64,000 nt of DNA from Saccostrea cucullata (Eukaryota): contig NW_026924059.1 in the NCBI RefSeq assembly GCF_032062105.1, forward strand, positions 124,001 through 188,000, read 5' to 3'. The number at the start of each line of letters is the position of its first letter. Position 1 is the first letter of the stretch. Made by a program: the position numbers and the translations under genes. This document shows, one piece after another, positions 40,220 through 51,919 of the stretch. Below the pieces are notes generated by a model. That model ran no database searches. It saw only the letters and a program-made list of their open reading frames with translations, and had not been told where the DNA came from.

Positions 40220-40405
40220 GAAATAAACGAACAGTATTCATAATTATATTCAAACAATACCCATTAGAAGAAGAGCAATCACAAACCTCTAAATCATCAG
40301 AGGTAGGATCAGGTACCATCAGAGGTAGGATCAGGTACCATCAGAGGTAGGATCAGGTACCATTGAGTAAACATCCTTTGCCTACCGGTCCCAGCCGCCG
40401 TGTGT
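40220..40405 (-). repeat. Solo Naiad 3' motif copy with an internal 22-bp triplication
   Basis: Reverse complement of the 48077-48230 motif. CATCAGAGGTAGGATCAGGTAC occurs three times in tandem at 40295-40360. Confidence 0.75.
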
Positions 40406-43400
40406 TGTATAAAAATGTTTAAAAAATACATTTACTTTAATTTCGCAAAAATCGTTCCTAGACGATTCTGAATATGAGGATAAAAATAGAATCACAACCA
40501 TTTCAAGTACAAAGGGGGAAAAAATGAAAGTATATGGCACTGCCCATATTTATTTAGATAAACATCAATGTTACCGCTCTGTATTATAGTGCAAATACAT
40601 CTAAGTAGATTGGTGCACTCTTTTAGAATGATAATCATCTATACATGCACTACACATTTTACACAATGATAACATAATGCGCATGTTATTGACTATTATC
40701 CATTCATGGGGATACTCTCGTCGTCACGAATCCGAGGATAATTTCCTTTGATACGTTTACCAGGAATCTTTCTTCCCTAAAGAGAATCAAATTTTCATAA
40801 CTTTTCCAAAAACCGAAAACATACATTACTCTTTCGGGAAATACTTCCTCGAATTAAATTATTTGTTCTCTCCCCCGAGTGACGAAATCGAATTTTGTAA
40901 TCACGTTGGTGCATTAGGAGAGCGACCAGATTCCAAGAACCCGTGTCAATTTCGATTGTGTTAAAGAGATGTATATTTCTGATAGATAATATGATGGCGC
41001 GAAAAGTGATACACTATATATCAAGTCAAAAATCGCAGAGATAGAGATGAGAAATTGAATTTACATCGATTTTTTTCAAAATAGTTGTCGAGTACGCATT
41101 AATAATGTTTATTAGATTAACCTTGTCTGTTTAATCGAACTGCCTAAAGGAAAAGAAGAGAAGGAAGTGATGTTAAAAATATTTAACGCTATGGTCAGAA
41201 TGATAACTGTACACTTGTATGATCTTTCAGTAAAGCCTATTTGTAAAATACCAGCTGCTTTCTCGAGTTATCAAATAGCTTTACTGCACAATATATTCAA
41301 TTTATTAAAAAATGTAACCTATTGAAAGACTGCGGCTGAAATCGTGAGCGCAAGAATTTGGGAGGAACACATTCATTCATTTTTATCATTACAGCCTCGA
41401 AACTTTAAGATATTGGAGCAAAGGAGAAGTGATGTTACATAACATATAATGGGAAATGCTATATTATTAAATATACATTCTAATTTCATGACGCTACGCA
41501 AACTATGCATTGTTTTTATTACGCGAACGAAAAAAATAAGAAATTGATTCCAGATATTATTTATAAAGTGTATCAAGGATACTTGTTTTCTCATTAAAAC
41601 TCATTTTGTGTTCTTTCAACGACAATAGTCTTCATGATAGAACACAAGAAACGTCATTGACAGAAATTTATGACGAATAAAAGTACACTGCTAACCAAAA
41701 GTAGAGTACGTTATTTCTGTGTGCATATTGAATGCGTGGAAAAGTGGCTTGTTTGAAATCCACTTAATAGTATATCATGAAATTCTATCAATACCACCGG
41801 GTCCTTTTTTCTTAGATATTTCATTAAGGAGATAAAAGTGATTATGCTGTTTGATATTGATACAATTAAACCCTCATCTCATAAACTATACAAAGCGGTT
41901 TCCAATATTTTTATTTCACATTTAATCTAATTAATTCAACACAAGAATGGTGTACTTTTGTTTTTGGTTACATGTGTACTTTGATTCGACATATATTTCT
42001 ATTTAAAAATAAAAGTAACAATGCTAAACAGAAAACATTTTTGTGCAGCTGAAAACGTAGCATTGTTATTAAATCTTATCTTCATATTTCATCCACTTTC
42101 TGCAGTGAAGTTCATTGGTAGACCATTATCCTTCGGCTGCGTGAAGCTGCCCAGATTAATCAACAATTTTCCTCAGTTTGTAGATTATTGCAATGTCTGT
42201 CAATGATTTCAAAATGGGGAAATTGAAATTATTTGACGTTTTCCTCATTATAGTTCTTCGTTCAAACATTCCACTCCAATCTAAAAATGCAACGTCCATC
42301 TCTGGAAAACTAGTTTAATTATATCTAACGAACCTGCAGGATTCAATTTCTCGTTTTCTCGCTAACAATGTAGGCTCTATTTAGAACTTTCAGAAAGATA
42401 ATGATTCGCTCTGGCCATATGTATTGCTTGTCATTTGCAAACTGAAGGAATTGAACGACTATGTCGAATTGATGTCAAGAAGATTATGACTACGTGAATG
42501 CACTTGTCATATCACTATAATTGTAAATTTCTGCGGTTGATATTTCATAATTCCTACAATTTAAGATTTTGATTTATCATCTTATAGGAAGTTTCTTTCA
42601 GTATATTTTGAACTGTTTTCACAAAATGCTTGGAAAGTTTCCGTGATTTGTAAATAAGTATATATTCAGCAAATACATATATTTCAAAAAATAACAAAAA
42701 AGGTCACCGATGAAAAAATATGGAATTTCACTGTGGGACGCTGAAGAATGATACGAAAAAGTCATGACAATGATTCCTTTGAACGATGAAAAGATAGTGC
42801 ATATTGCATCATGGTCATATTATCATTCCTCCATCGTCATTTTACAATCGCATCAGCGCTAGCGTATTATTGCGTCATTGCACTCTCCATCATGACTGTG
42901 CACCATCCTCATCGTATTTTTTCGCGCCATTGCATCATCACTATCGCATCGTCATTTTTTGACATCGTACTTTCGGTCACTCATCATCGTACGTATTATC
43001 GGTCATACGGTGCAATGATGCAATAGTGATCTACATTAATCCATCCAGTATACGTATCCATTATTTATACACAGTACCCTTAAAATACTAAACGTAGCAT
43101 AATCTTTTGATGCCTGCGATAAAAACGTATCGAATAATTTCAATAATATGAAATTATTCGATTTTCAAAACAATGTAAGTTGTAAACTTTTTTACAATCT
43201 TTTAAGATTGATTGATTGACTGTATGTTGTTTTTTTGGTCCCGTTCGCGATTTTTTTTTCACTTATATAGAGACATCACCATATATCGGTGAAGAGCTTC
43301 AAATTAAGACTTTTTTCTCGGCACTCAGGGCCATTGAATAGTGAGGATTTTTTTCGTGCTAATTCCTGCTCCACCGACCGAGCTACCGGGAAGATCTTTT

Positions 43401-45689
43401 AGATAAATCTCAAAGAGTACTCGGAAACTTGTTGCATGATGTAGTTGCATTAATAAATAAGAACTTATCTGTGTTCTTAAAATATGGTGAAAAATCTTAT
43501 GTCATATCTGTAGCAGAAATGATTAATCATTTGTTAATCATTTGTTCTGTTGAAAATATTATTTTATTTCAGCTTTCGTGGTAAATTCAAAAATTTTAGA
43601 TCTATGAGGTGCATACTTATAGAAAAAAGTATTTGTTTATATACTAATATTAAGCGCTATTTTCTATAAGCTTCTCTATTGCTATGAACTTTAACTGTCA
43701 TGCCAGGGGGAATGGCCGAATTTCATCATACCATTTTTGAAAAACTGAAAGATTTTGATGAATCCATACAATTTTGGATAAACTCTATTCATAGACTAGA
43801 TAATTTGTTATTGATTTTTGAATTCCAATTTAATTGATGTAATATACGTTGTAGTGTTTTGTTTGTGTAATAAACAGACATGCACTTCATGTCTTCGTAA
43901 ATTCTCCCTCTATGCTCGTTCATCTTACAGATGACAACCACGGTCTCGGTTTCATTTCATATTTTGCTGCGATGCTTACAAAACACTATAAGCAATTGTA
44001 TTGAAAATCACCTAAACTTAATATGAAAAATTAAAACAGAAATTCAAATGACGATATCAAATTATTTAATGCAAATGAATTGACAATTTGGCATGGCCGT
44101 TTCACATATACATGTATACAGTTATAAAGCATTCAAAACTCGAAATTATTGATGATGTTGAAACAAATGAAACTATACGATTTTTATTATTTTCCTAAGT
44201 TCTCTAAAAATGGTTTTCATCTTTTATGCAGCACATCTGAAAGGTGCATGGATAGTGGATGGGGGTTGGGCGGTCTTGTCGTCGGAATGGCAAGCAGGTA
44301 GATACATGCATTTCGTTATGTGATACACTTAGAAAATATTCCTGCTGAACTTAAAAATTATTTTTTTTCCGCTTCTTTCGAAAGAATAATTTACAAGTAT
44401 GGATAAGTACTGCTTGACACAACTCTAAAAATATTGCTTAAAAAACATATGAGAAAAAAAGGATCTTGCTTATTGTTAAAACTTTTTTGGTTCCAATAGA
44501 CACCAATAATTATACGAAATTACCTTTTCCCCAAAAAATATAATAAAAATACATTTGCCATATTACTGTCTAAGAAAATACAAAACGCAACTCTTGTGTT
44601 AAAGCCTATTCATGTATACACGTATACGCATCATTTAGCAGAAGTTTATCTCAGCATAAGAAAAACATCCTGCAATGCCTTTGAAGTATATGAAAACTAA
44701 TTTCTGATGATAGAAGTTGCAATAATCTTTCATCATTAAACCGTTAATTTTTTCTATTAAACAAATATCCTACAAAAATAAACTATTATTGAAGCATTTC
44801 AAATGACGTCAAATCACTCTCTTAAATCAGGATGTAATTAAAGGTGTAATTTTCCCTAAATTTCATAATTATCGTGTAAGTAAGACTAATTGGTCAAGTT
44901 GATATTCTTGATTCTATGATAATTTTTTATTGATCGAATGCGGGGGAGAATATGTTTTTAAGTAATTATGTAGTTTCATTTACAGTCTATAATTATAATG
45001 CCTAATTCAGATCTAAACAAGTAAACCTAGTAAACGCTTTCCTTTTTTCATTTATATTCTTATCTCGCCAGACTAATCATTTTTCCGATTCATTTATAAG
45101 GTATCGTATTAGTTACATGTCTCAAAAACTTCAGTTCTTTTGTAGATGCTTATTTAGCCTGCCTTGTAGTATTTTCGACTTTGTCCTTGTTGACTGTTCT
45201 ATTTGTAAAATTCAAAAACATTTTTTTTGAAACAATTAGTACTCAAAGACTTTCAGAACATTAATTTTATTAGGTGTGTGTAACCCTGTTTTAATTTAAT
45301 TAATTCTTAAACAGAAAAAACATATCCTAGAAAAAATGGGTATGCTTTTTGTTTTGTTTTTTTGTTATTTTGTTTTGTTTTGTTTTTTTATTTTGTTTCC
45401 CTTTTTGGATCACTTTTTCAATAAAACATTACATGGACCTTGATGCAACAAGAGTCTTTTTTATGATATGTATTGATATGTGGGACTTAACTAGTGACAA
45501 AAATAAGTGTTGTGTTATTTGTTTTATGTTGTTCTTCAGTTAAAACTAATATATTATTACATTTATGACACGAAGAACAGGTCTTATTGTGTGATGTCAG
45601 AGTAAGCATGCCCAGAAGAAATTAAACCACTTCCGCTTTATGTAGCCTAAACTATGTTGCGTCATATGTCGATTTAATATATTGTGAAA

Positions 45690-46270
45690 TCAAAATAGAA
45701 GGAAAAACAGATTCTGACACATCTGCTTCATATCTGAACATTTTACTTGAAAAAGACGGTAATTGCAATGTAACAAAATATTTGATTGTAAATATAGCTC
45801 TACATACATGTATGCATGTGAGGGCTTTCATTTGTCTATGGGTAACTTTCCTTACTTATTATGTACATGCAGCAATATACCTCATCGCCTATGGTATTTA
45901 CATGTATGTCTCCAATTTGATTCTGTATACCATGACAATTTCTAAAATGAGGAAATATTTTGACAAATAAAGTGATGAATTCAAAGCAAGAACACCAGCA
46001 GTTTAGTTTAAAGGCATCATATCGCAAGTTTTATGTTCGAACATGCACTTGTCAGTAATTGCAATTATGATGAGGTCATATGATACTAGTTGTTATGCCA
46101 TTAATAACACTTTGAATTGTCTACGATTTGTCTAACGTTTGACCTACATGTAACATGAGAAGTAGCACATGTCGGGTGTGACTGGATGACAGGGGGTATT
46201 AACTTTAAATGGCAGCTGAACGAACCTCTGATATTTTTAGAGGTCCATGTTCCCTCTGCTCACAATTTGT
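45690..46270 (+). mobile_element. Decayed Naiad-type PLE fragment (RT C-terminus plus 3' motif)
   Basis: TDSDTSASYLNILLEKDG at ~45707, GNFPYL..CSNIP at ~45840, and a degenerate 3' motif GGGTGTGACTGG...AACCTCTGATATTTTTAGAGGTCC at 46160-46260. Confidence 0.7.
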
Positions 46271-47575
46271 AGTTTAAAGCCTTTGAGGTTAACTCCATAT
46301 TTCATGGTTGAATGATTTTTCCTTTATATTAATATTGAATTATGATATACTTAAATATTATACACAAAAGTGAAAGTTGAACACCAATAAAGAATATTTA
46401 CCATCCATTCTAACACAAAGTCAAATTTCTTAAATATTATACAAAAAGTGGAAGTCGAATTCCAATTAAGAATTTATATTTCAATCTTATCCATGTTATC
46501 ATAAGACAAAGTCAATTAAATTTTCCAAAAAGCTTGTATCATTATACAATTTTAACTTATATAATGTTTTGCTGTATCAAAATCATGATTTTATGATAAT
46601 GATGAGTATTGTGTGTTCCATAGGTCAAAAGAGCGATAATCCATTCTTCGCGAATCTCTGAAAAATGTATAGCGAGATAATTATGATATTGACTAGAAGT
46701 TGTCCCAAGATTTGATATCTTTACTACATGTACTCTAGATCTATTGGTTGTCACAAAATGAGTGACATAATCATCTTGCAATAGCCATGGGGTGTCTTAT
46801 AAATGGTGTGGCCAAATGAAAAACATTATTTATATGGTACATAAACTACATATATCACTGATCAGTTTGGAATCTTTATGTCTGATTTTTTCCTAAAGTA
46901 ACACGTCAATAAATCAAGAACATTATAAACAAGACTAGTATTGGAAAGGTAAATATTGAAATCTGTGCGTTTGCAATTAGTAGTTGTTGATCCTTCTCCA
47001 AGTGCCCAGTACTAGAGATGAAAGAGTCTTTCAAAGACAACCTTAACGTTTGACGATCCGCTCCTTGAAAATTTGAATGTGCATGTCTTTGTAACATGTT
47101 TTAATTATTTTTATTAATAAGTATCTTATATTTTCTAGGCTGCTTTTTAATTGTCGTAAAAGACATAAATACCAGCATTTTATAATGATATCCAGTAGAA
47201 ATATAAAGGAAACGCTATCATTTGTTTCCTACACAAATGTCTTGAATGTACCTACATATTTTGCAGGGATATTTGTTTACGTTGGAATCACTCAATTAGA
47301 GGTTTTTAAAAATTGCGTTATTGAAGAACGTCTCATGTGACATTAAGAACTGGTGTTCCATGTCTAAGTCGGTGTTCAAACGATGAAGATCATTCTCCGC
47401 TACTTGTAAGTGGCATGCATAGAGTCAAAATTTGCAGCAGGTGATGTCTTAATCTGAGTGCAAAGTTCTTGAATGTGAAGTTAAACAACAATTAATGAAT
47501 CAGTCATAATTTTTTTCAATAACCATATAAAAATTAGCTCTTGTCAAATAAAAGAACAACAATTAAAATCATTTT
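46049..47575 (+). repeat. Copy 1 of a diverged local direct duplication (copy 2 at 53533-54868)
   Basis: Colinear shared blocks, e.g. 46156/53657, 46351/53861, 46611/54047, 46750/54229, 46942/54282, 47050/54360, 47325/54620, 47547/54838. Confidence 0.85.
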
Positions 47576-47639
47576 ATAATAATTTTGCATGTGAATATTT
47601 CTTATGTGATAATCAAAATATTTAAGGAATCACAACAAG

Positions 47640-48235
47640 AACGTCCATTTGACAGAAGTTATTCTTACTCTTTCAAGGCACCTAAACTGATTGTTGATGT
47701 TTCCAGAGATGTTTTTTGCATTGTGGCGACTTTGACTTTTCTATCGACAACTTCCCTTACTGATGCAGCAATATATCTTCATCACCTGCATACGAAGTGT
47801 ATATATCTCAGTTGATTCGATACGCAAGAGCATGCTCTACGTATGTACAATTTCTAAAACGAGGTAAATTATTGACAAGGAAGTTGATGGAACAAGAATA
47901 TCAGCAGTCTCGTTTAAAGTCATCATTTCCTAAGTTCTATGGTCGATACAATGACCTTGTCAGCAAATACAATTTATCATTGAGTCAAATGCTGACTGAC
48001 GTTTTTCATACCAATTGTTAGTCCTTTATACACTGAATTGACGACGGATTTTTCCTTTATTTCACGACATGACAATGAGCACACGGCAGGTGTGACAGGT
48101 CAGCAAGGGATGCTCACTCCTCCATGGCACCTGATCCCACCTCTGATGTTTCGGAGGTCCGTGTTTGCTCTGGTCTTCTTTTGTATGTTTTATGGACTTT
48201 GAGATTGAATACTGTTCGTTATCTCCATATCCTCC
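47640..48235 (+). mobile_element. 5'-truncated Naiad-type PLE copy: RT thumb plus 3' UTR, preceded by a degenerate 3' UTR copy (pseudo-LTR-like)
   Basis: ORF 47797-48021 VYISQLIRYARACSTYVQFLKRGKLLTRKLMEQEYQQSRLKSSFPKFYGRYNDLVSKY...DVFHTNC* is highly similar to 29200-29440. The best-preserved 3' motif is at 48077-48170. Confidence 0.88.
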
Positions 48236-48366
48236 TTATATTGATTATAGAATTCAAGTAGATCCGTGCTGATTATCTTTATAACATTTTATATAACATC
48301 TTTTTTCTCATGTTGAAAATCCCATTTTTTATGCAAAGTCTAAAAATTAATAGGGTCAAAAATATA

Positions 48367-49440
48367 CGAGGGTTGTTTGAAAAGTTCGTGAACGATGTCA
48401 ATCTTCCTTATATTATACACTAGAAATTTAAAATAAGCACAATATAATATGTAAAAATATTTTTTTGTTGATGTGCGAAGTTTCATTCCATTCGATTTAA
48501 CAGAAATCAATTTATTTCATTTTAAAATCAACATGTTTTCTACCCGCTGAGCACATTTGATGGCAATGTAACGTCAAAACATAGCGTCATGAATTTAACA
48601 AAAAAAAAACAAAACAAAAAAAAAAACAAACACTTACTATCCCTATACATTTCACACACTATAATTCTATGCCCACTTATTAAATCCTTTCTCTAATACT
48701 TGACATTTATTATTTTTAAGAGTAGCTCTCGTTTTATAATTTCCTTTGTTAAGGTTTTAATTTCTTTTATTTCTTAACTCTACTTTCACATGATACACAA
48801 CTCTGAAGCGCCTATGTCTCCCCTCATTCCAACTTTTTAAAGTTTTTGTTCAGATTTTTACAGTTAAACCGTAACTTCACAGATTGTCCTCTGTCACACA
48901 AATACTATCTTTACTATTGCACACACATGCACAACTCGTTTGTGACATATTTTCTTGATTTCTCCAAAATTTTAGAGTTTATTTTGGGTTTTTCCGTAGT
49001 TAAACACAAAATTACATCATTATCTGCTGCTACGTGAAATTCGAAAACGTCATCGTTTTTTTTTTCAAAAAGGACTACCTATCTCCTCTGGTGGATTTCT
49101 TTTCAACAAGGGAAAATATAAAGCCATAATGTGGTATGTAAAAATTCTTAATTTGATTTTCTAGGTTGTTTTTTTTCGTTTTTGCTCCATTTTACAGAGA
49201 ATATGGCAACAGACATTGTATAGTGTTTTTGCCTGTAACTTCCCAAATGTTGACCTGCTCTGCGATCCGATTTTGGCATTTTAAAAATCTGGATAAGTTT
49301 GAAAAACTGTAATATTATGAAAAAAATTAAGTCAAATCATTTGGATTAATTGTAAAAATATTTCTACCAATTTTGGATAACATATGACGTCAAATAAAAA
49401 AGATATGACAGTTGTTCACGAACTTTTCGAACAACTCTCG
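48367..49440. mobile_element. Non-autonomous mariner derivative (1074 bp)
   Basis: TIRs CGAGGGTTGTTTGAAAAGTTCGTGAAC / GTTCACGAACTTTTCGAACAACTCTCG with TA TSD. Confidence 0.85.
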
Positions 49441-50081
49441 TAATAGTGCAACAAAAGATATAAGGAGCACATTCATTTACGGCTCATCTTAACTGCTTTT
49501 CCTTTACCGATATTCCAAATTCTTCTAAGAACTTTCTATACAAAGATTTAATGGCATGTAAGAGGTTGAATATTATTATTATAATTATAGAAAAACTAAA
49601 CACGATTTTACCTAAAAAGCCTTGATGCAAACTTATAAAATCTTATGCACTTTATGACATGTTCTAGTACATAAAAAAAACACCCAAAACACAAGAAATG
49701 TATTAAGTAAACAAATCATCAATAAAGTTCTTTATTCACCAACAGTTCCACAAACTAATACGTGAAGGCTTGACTTGTACTTTAAATGTTATGATTTTTA
49801 GAACTCACAATAGTGTGTCTATTTGACTAAAGATGTGTAGGTTTTTAAAGTGAAAAAGGAAGTGTATTATATCATACATAAGGATAAGAAATTACATAAC
49901 TTTTCCCCTAAATACGTGCTGCACAGTGTGACCATAACTTTAGTGTTATTTAAATCATCAAAACATAAAGTTTTTCTATCAGTTTATCTGTAGACACCCG
50001 TAGAACACAAGTCAGAATCCTTTGACTTATTTAAGAACAATTAATATCGGTTTTGAACTATTTCCAAAAGAAGAACCAAAC

Positions 50082-51368
50082 ATGACAAATATTTTGAGCC
50101 ATAATATCACTCAAATGATGGATGTAAACTTTACAAAAAAACTAACAGACGAGGACAAATTTCAAATTTATATTGATGATGTGTTTGGAAAAGTGTATAT
50201 ACCGAGCTATATCTTCATAATTTTGATGCTTGTCCTAGGATGTTTTGGTAATACTACCGTCATTTACGTTTTCTACTCCAAATGGCATAAAACCACGTAC
50301 AGAGTATTCATTATCGCTCTGGCAATATTGGACTTGGTCAATGTTTTGGTCACAGTTCCTTCTGAACTATACCTTATGCAAAATGCGTTTAAGTTTTCGA
50401 ATGAAGTTTTCTGCAAGGTATCCCGATTTTGTACTTTCACACTGAATATATCCTCTGCATTTACTCTGATAAGTATTGCAGGAGATCGATACTTTAGAGT
50501 TTGTCGACCTTTACAAAAGCAGCTGTCTGTGAAGAAAGCTAAAATAATTGTTCTGGTCGGAATAATTATTGCCATAGTGTTTGCATGGCCCGTTCTTCTT
50601 ATGTACGGAACACGCTCTATAGTCGTACAAGTCGCTCCACAAATCTTTGTTCCGGGGCATATCTGTATGATAAACGATGCTTTCAAGTACACTGCCTATT
50701 CTTTGGTCTTTTCAGCCATTACGTTAATAGTCATGTTCTCTTCCGATTGTATCCTTATCATATTATATAGTCTCATTGTTGTAAACATTCGGAGAAGAGT
50801 TGTTTTCAGTTTGAAAACATCCCGGATTAAAACGCAAACTGACAAGAAACAAAGAGACAAAGCGGCAGTTGAGAGTAAAGTTCAAAGTGACTTATTAAAA
50901 TCTCTTGGAACACCTACAGATGTCGAGCTCAAGGGATATCCTCAGGAGAAAACAAATGTGATTGGAATGATGGATGCGACCGCTTATGATAAAAGTGAAA
51001 GTTCTGAAAACTGCACTAAAAGCAACTCAAGGGAAATAATTTCGAACTCCTCTCAGAATGAAAAGATTCAAAGTGAGCGTGTTCATAAGGTTACCTTGAT
51101 GCTCTTTTTGGTCACAGTGATCTTTATTTTGTCTTTTTTACCACTCTATGTAATAGTATTTATTCGCATTGTACAACCTAATCATTACAATAACCTCACT
51201 TTCGAAGGGAAGGCCACTTACAGTTTTTTTCAAAGATCTTTTATCATTAACATGTGTGCAAATCCAGTGTTGTACGGGTTTTTAAGTAAAAAATTCAGAA
51301 TGGAATGTGGAAATGTATTAAAACGATTATGGAATTATTTCCAGAACAAAAATGTCTTTGGGACATAA
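50082..51368 (+). CDS. Class A (rhodopsin-like) GPCR, neuropeptide-receptor-like (orexin/CCK-receptor-like mollusc orphan group), 428 aa, intronless CDS
   Basis: Seven hydrophobic segments. TM1 GN (GCFGN), TM2 LAILD, TM3 Cys (FCK) and DRY (AGDRY), ECL2 Cys (HIC), TM6 FILSFLP, TM7 NPVLY plus helix 8 (SKKFR). N-terminal N-glycosylation sequons NMT/NIT/NFT. The track's TTG start at 50022 follows an in-frame TAG (50001-50003), so the first ATG at 50082 is taken as the start. Splice acceptor TTTATCTGTAG ends at 49993. Confidence 0.93.
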   Translation: MTNILSHNITQMMDVNFTKKLTDEDKFQIYIDDVFGKVYIPSYIFIILMLVLGCFGNTTVIYVFYSKWHKTTYRVFIIALAILDLVNVLVTVPSELYLMQNAFKFSNEVFCKVSRFCTFTLNISSAFTLISIAGDRYFRVCRPLQKQLSVKKAKIIVLVGIIIAIVFAWPVLLMYGTRSIVVQVAPQIFVPGHICMINDAFKYTAYSLVFSAITLIVMFSSDCILIILYSLIVVNIRRRVVFSLKTSRIKTQTDKKQRDKAAVESKVQSDLLKSLGTPTDVELKGYPQEKTNVIGMMDATAYDKSESSENCTKSNSREIISNSSQNEKIQSERVHKVTLMLFLVTVIFILSFLPLYVIVFIRIVQPNHYNNLTFEGKATYSFFQRSFIINMCANPVLYGFLSKKFRMECGNVLKRLWNYFQNKNVFGT

Positions 51369-51582
51369 GAATATGATTACCACGCAATATTTGCTTAAAC
51401 AGACAAGTAAATTGAAAGTTAACTATACATGTAAATCTACTTGTTTAATTCTTATAAATATTTTTTTTTTTTAAAATGCTTATTGAAATATTATGACAAG
51501 GATTTCTATAGGAAAAAATACTCCAAACTGCCTAAACTACAAGCCGATAAAGATATATTAATATGCTTGTTTGTAAGATTAT

Positions 51583-51617
51583 AATAAAAGCACATTGTAT
51601 TGTTAAATTATAATAAA
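51583..51617 (+). promoter_or_regulatory. Candidate polyadenylation signals of the GPCR
   Basis: AATAAA at 51583-51588 and 51612-51617, about 215-250 nt after the stop codon. AT-rich background makes this weak evidence. Confidence 0.4.
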
Positions 51618-51657
51618 AGTACACTGTATTGTTTAACTGCTTGGAAATTTTTTAAAT

Positions 51658-51900
51658 CTACGGAAGCGTGTTGAGGCCAGATCAGAGGAAGAAATATTTT
51701 TATTGCACTTAAACGCAATATTTTGTGTTTAATCGCAATAATTGTTGCGTTTAAACACAAAACATTGCGATTAATTGCAATAATCATTTCCTTTAAACGC
51801 AAAGCACTTAATTTTCTTATACGTTTTTCGTTTTACGTTTATAAGTTTTTCTACGTTTAAACTTGAAACGTATGCGTACAATTTTAAAGTATTGCGAAAT
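51658..51900. repeat. Fragment of a MITE-like element with internal short tandem units
   Basis: CTACGGAAGCGTGTTGAGGCC followed by repeated TTGCGTTTAAACGCAA-type semi-palindromic units. Confidence 0.5.
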
Positions 51901-51919
51901 AAAAAACTGTAGAACAAAT

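Noticed and set aside
50022-50081. N-terminal extension of the GPCR from the TTG start in the ORF track
   Set aside because: This is a eukaryotic gene, and the first ATG is at 50082.
50245-50770. Overlapping ORFs (66, 139 and 61 aa) within the GPCR
   Set aside because: Shadow frames of the real CDS with no recognisable motifs.
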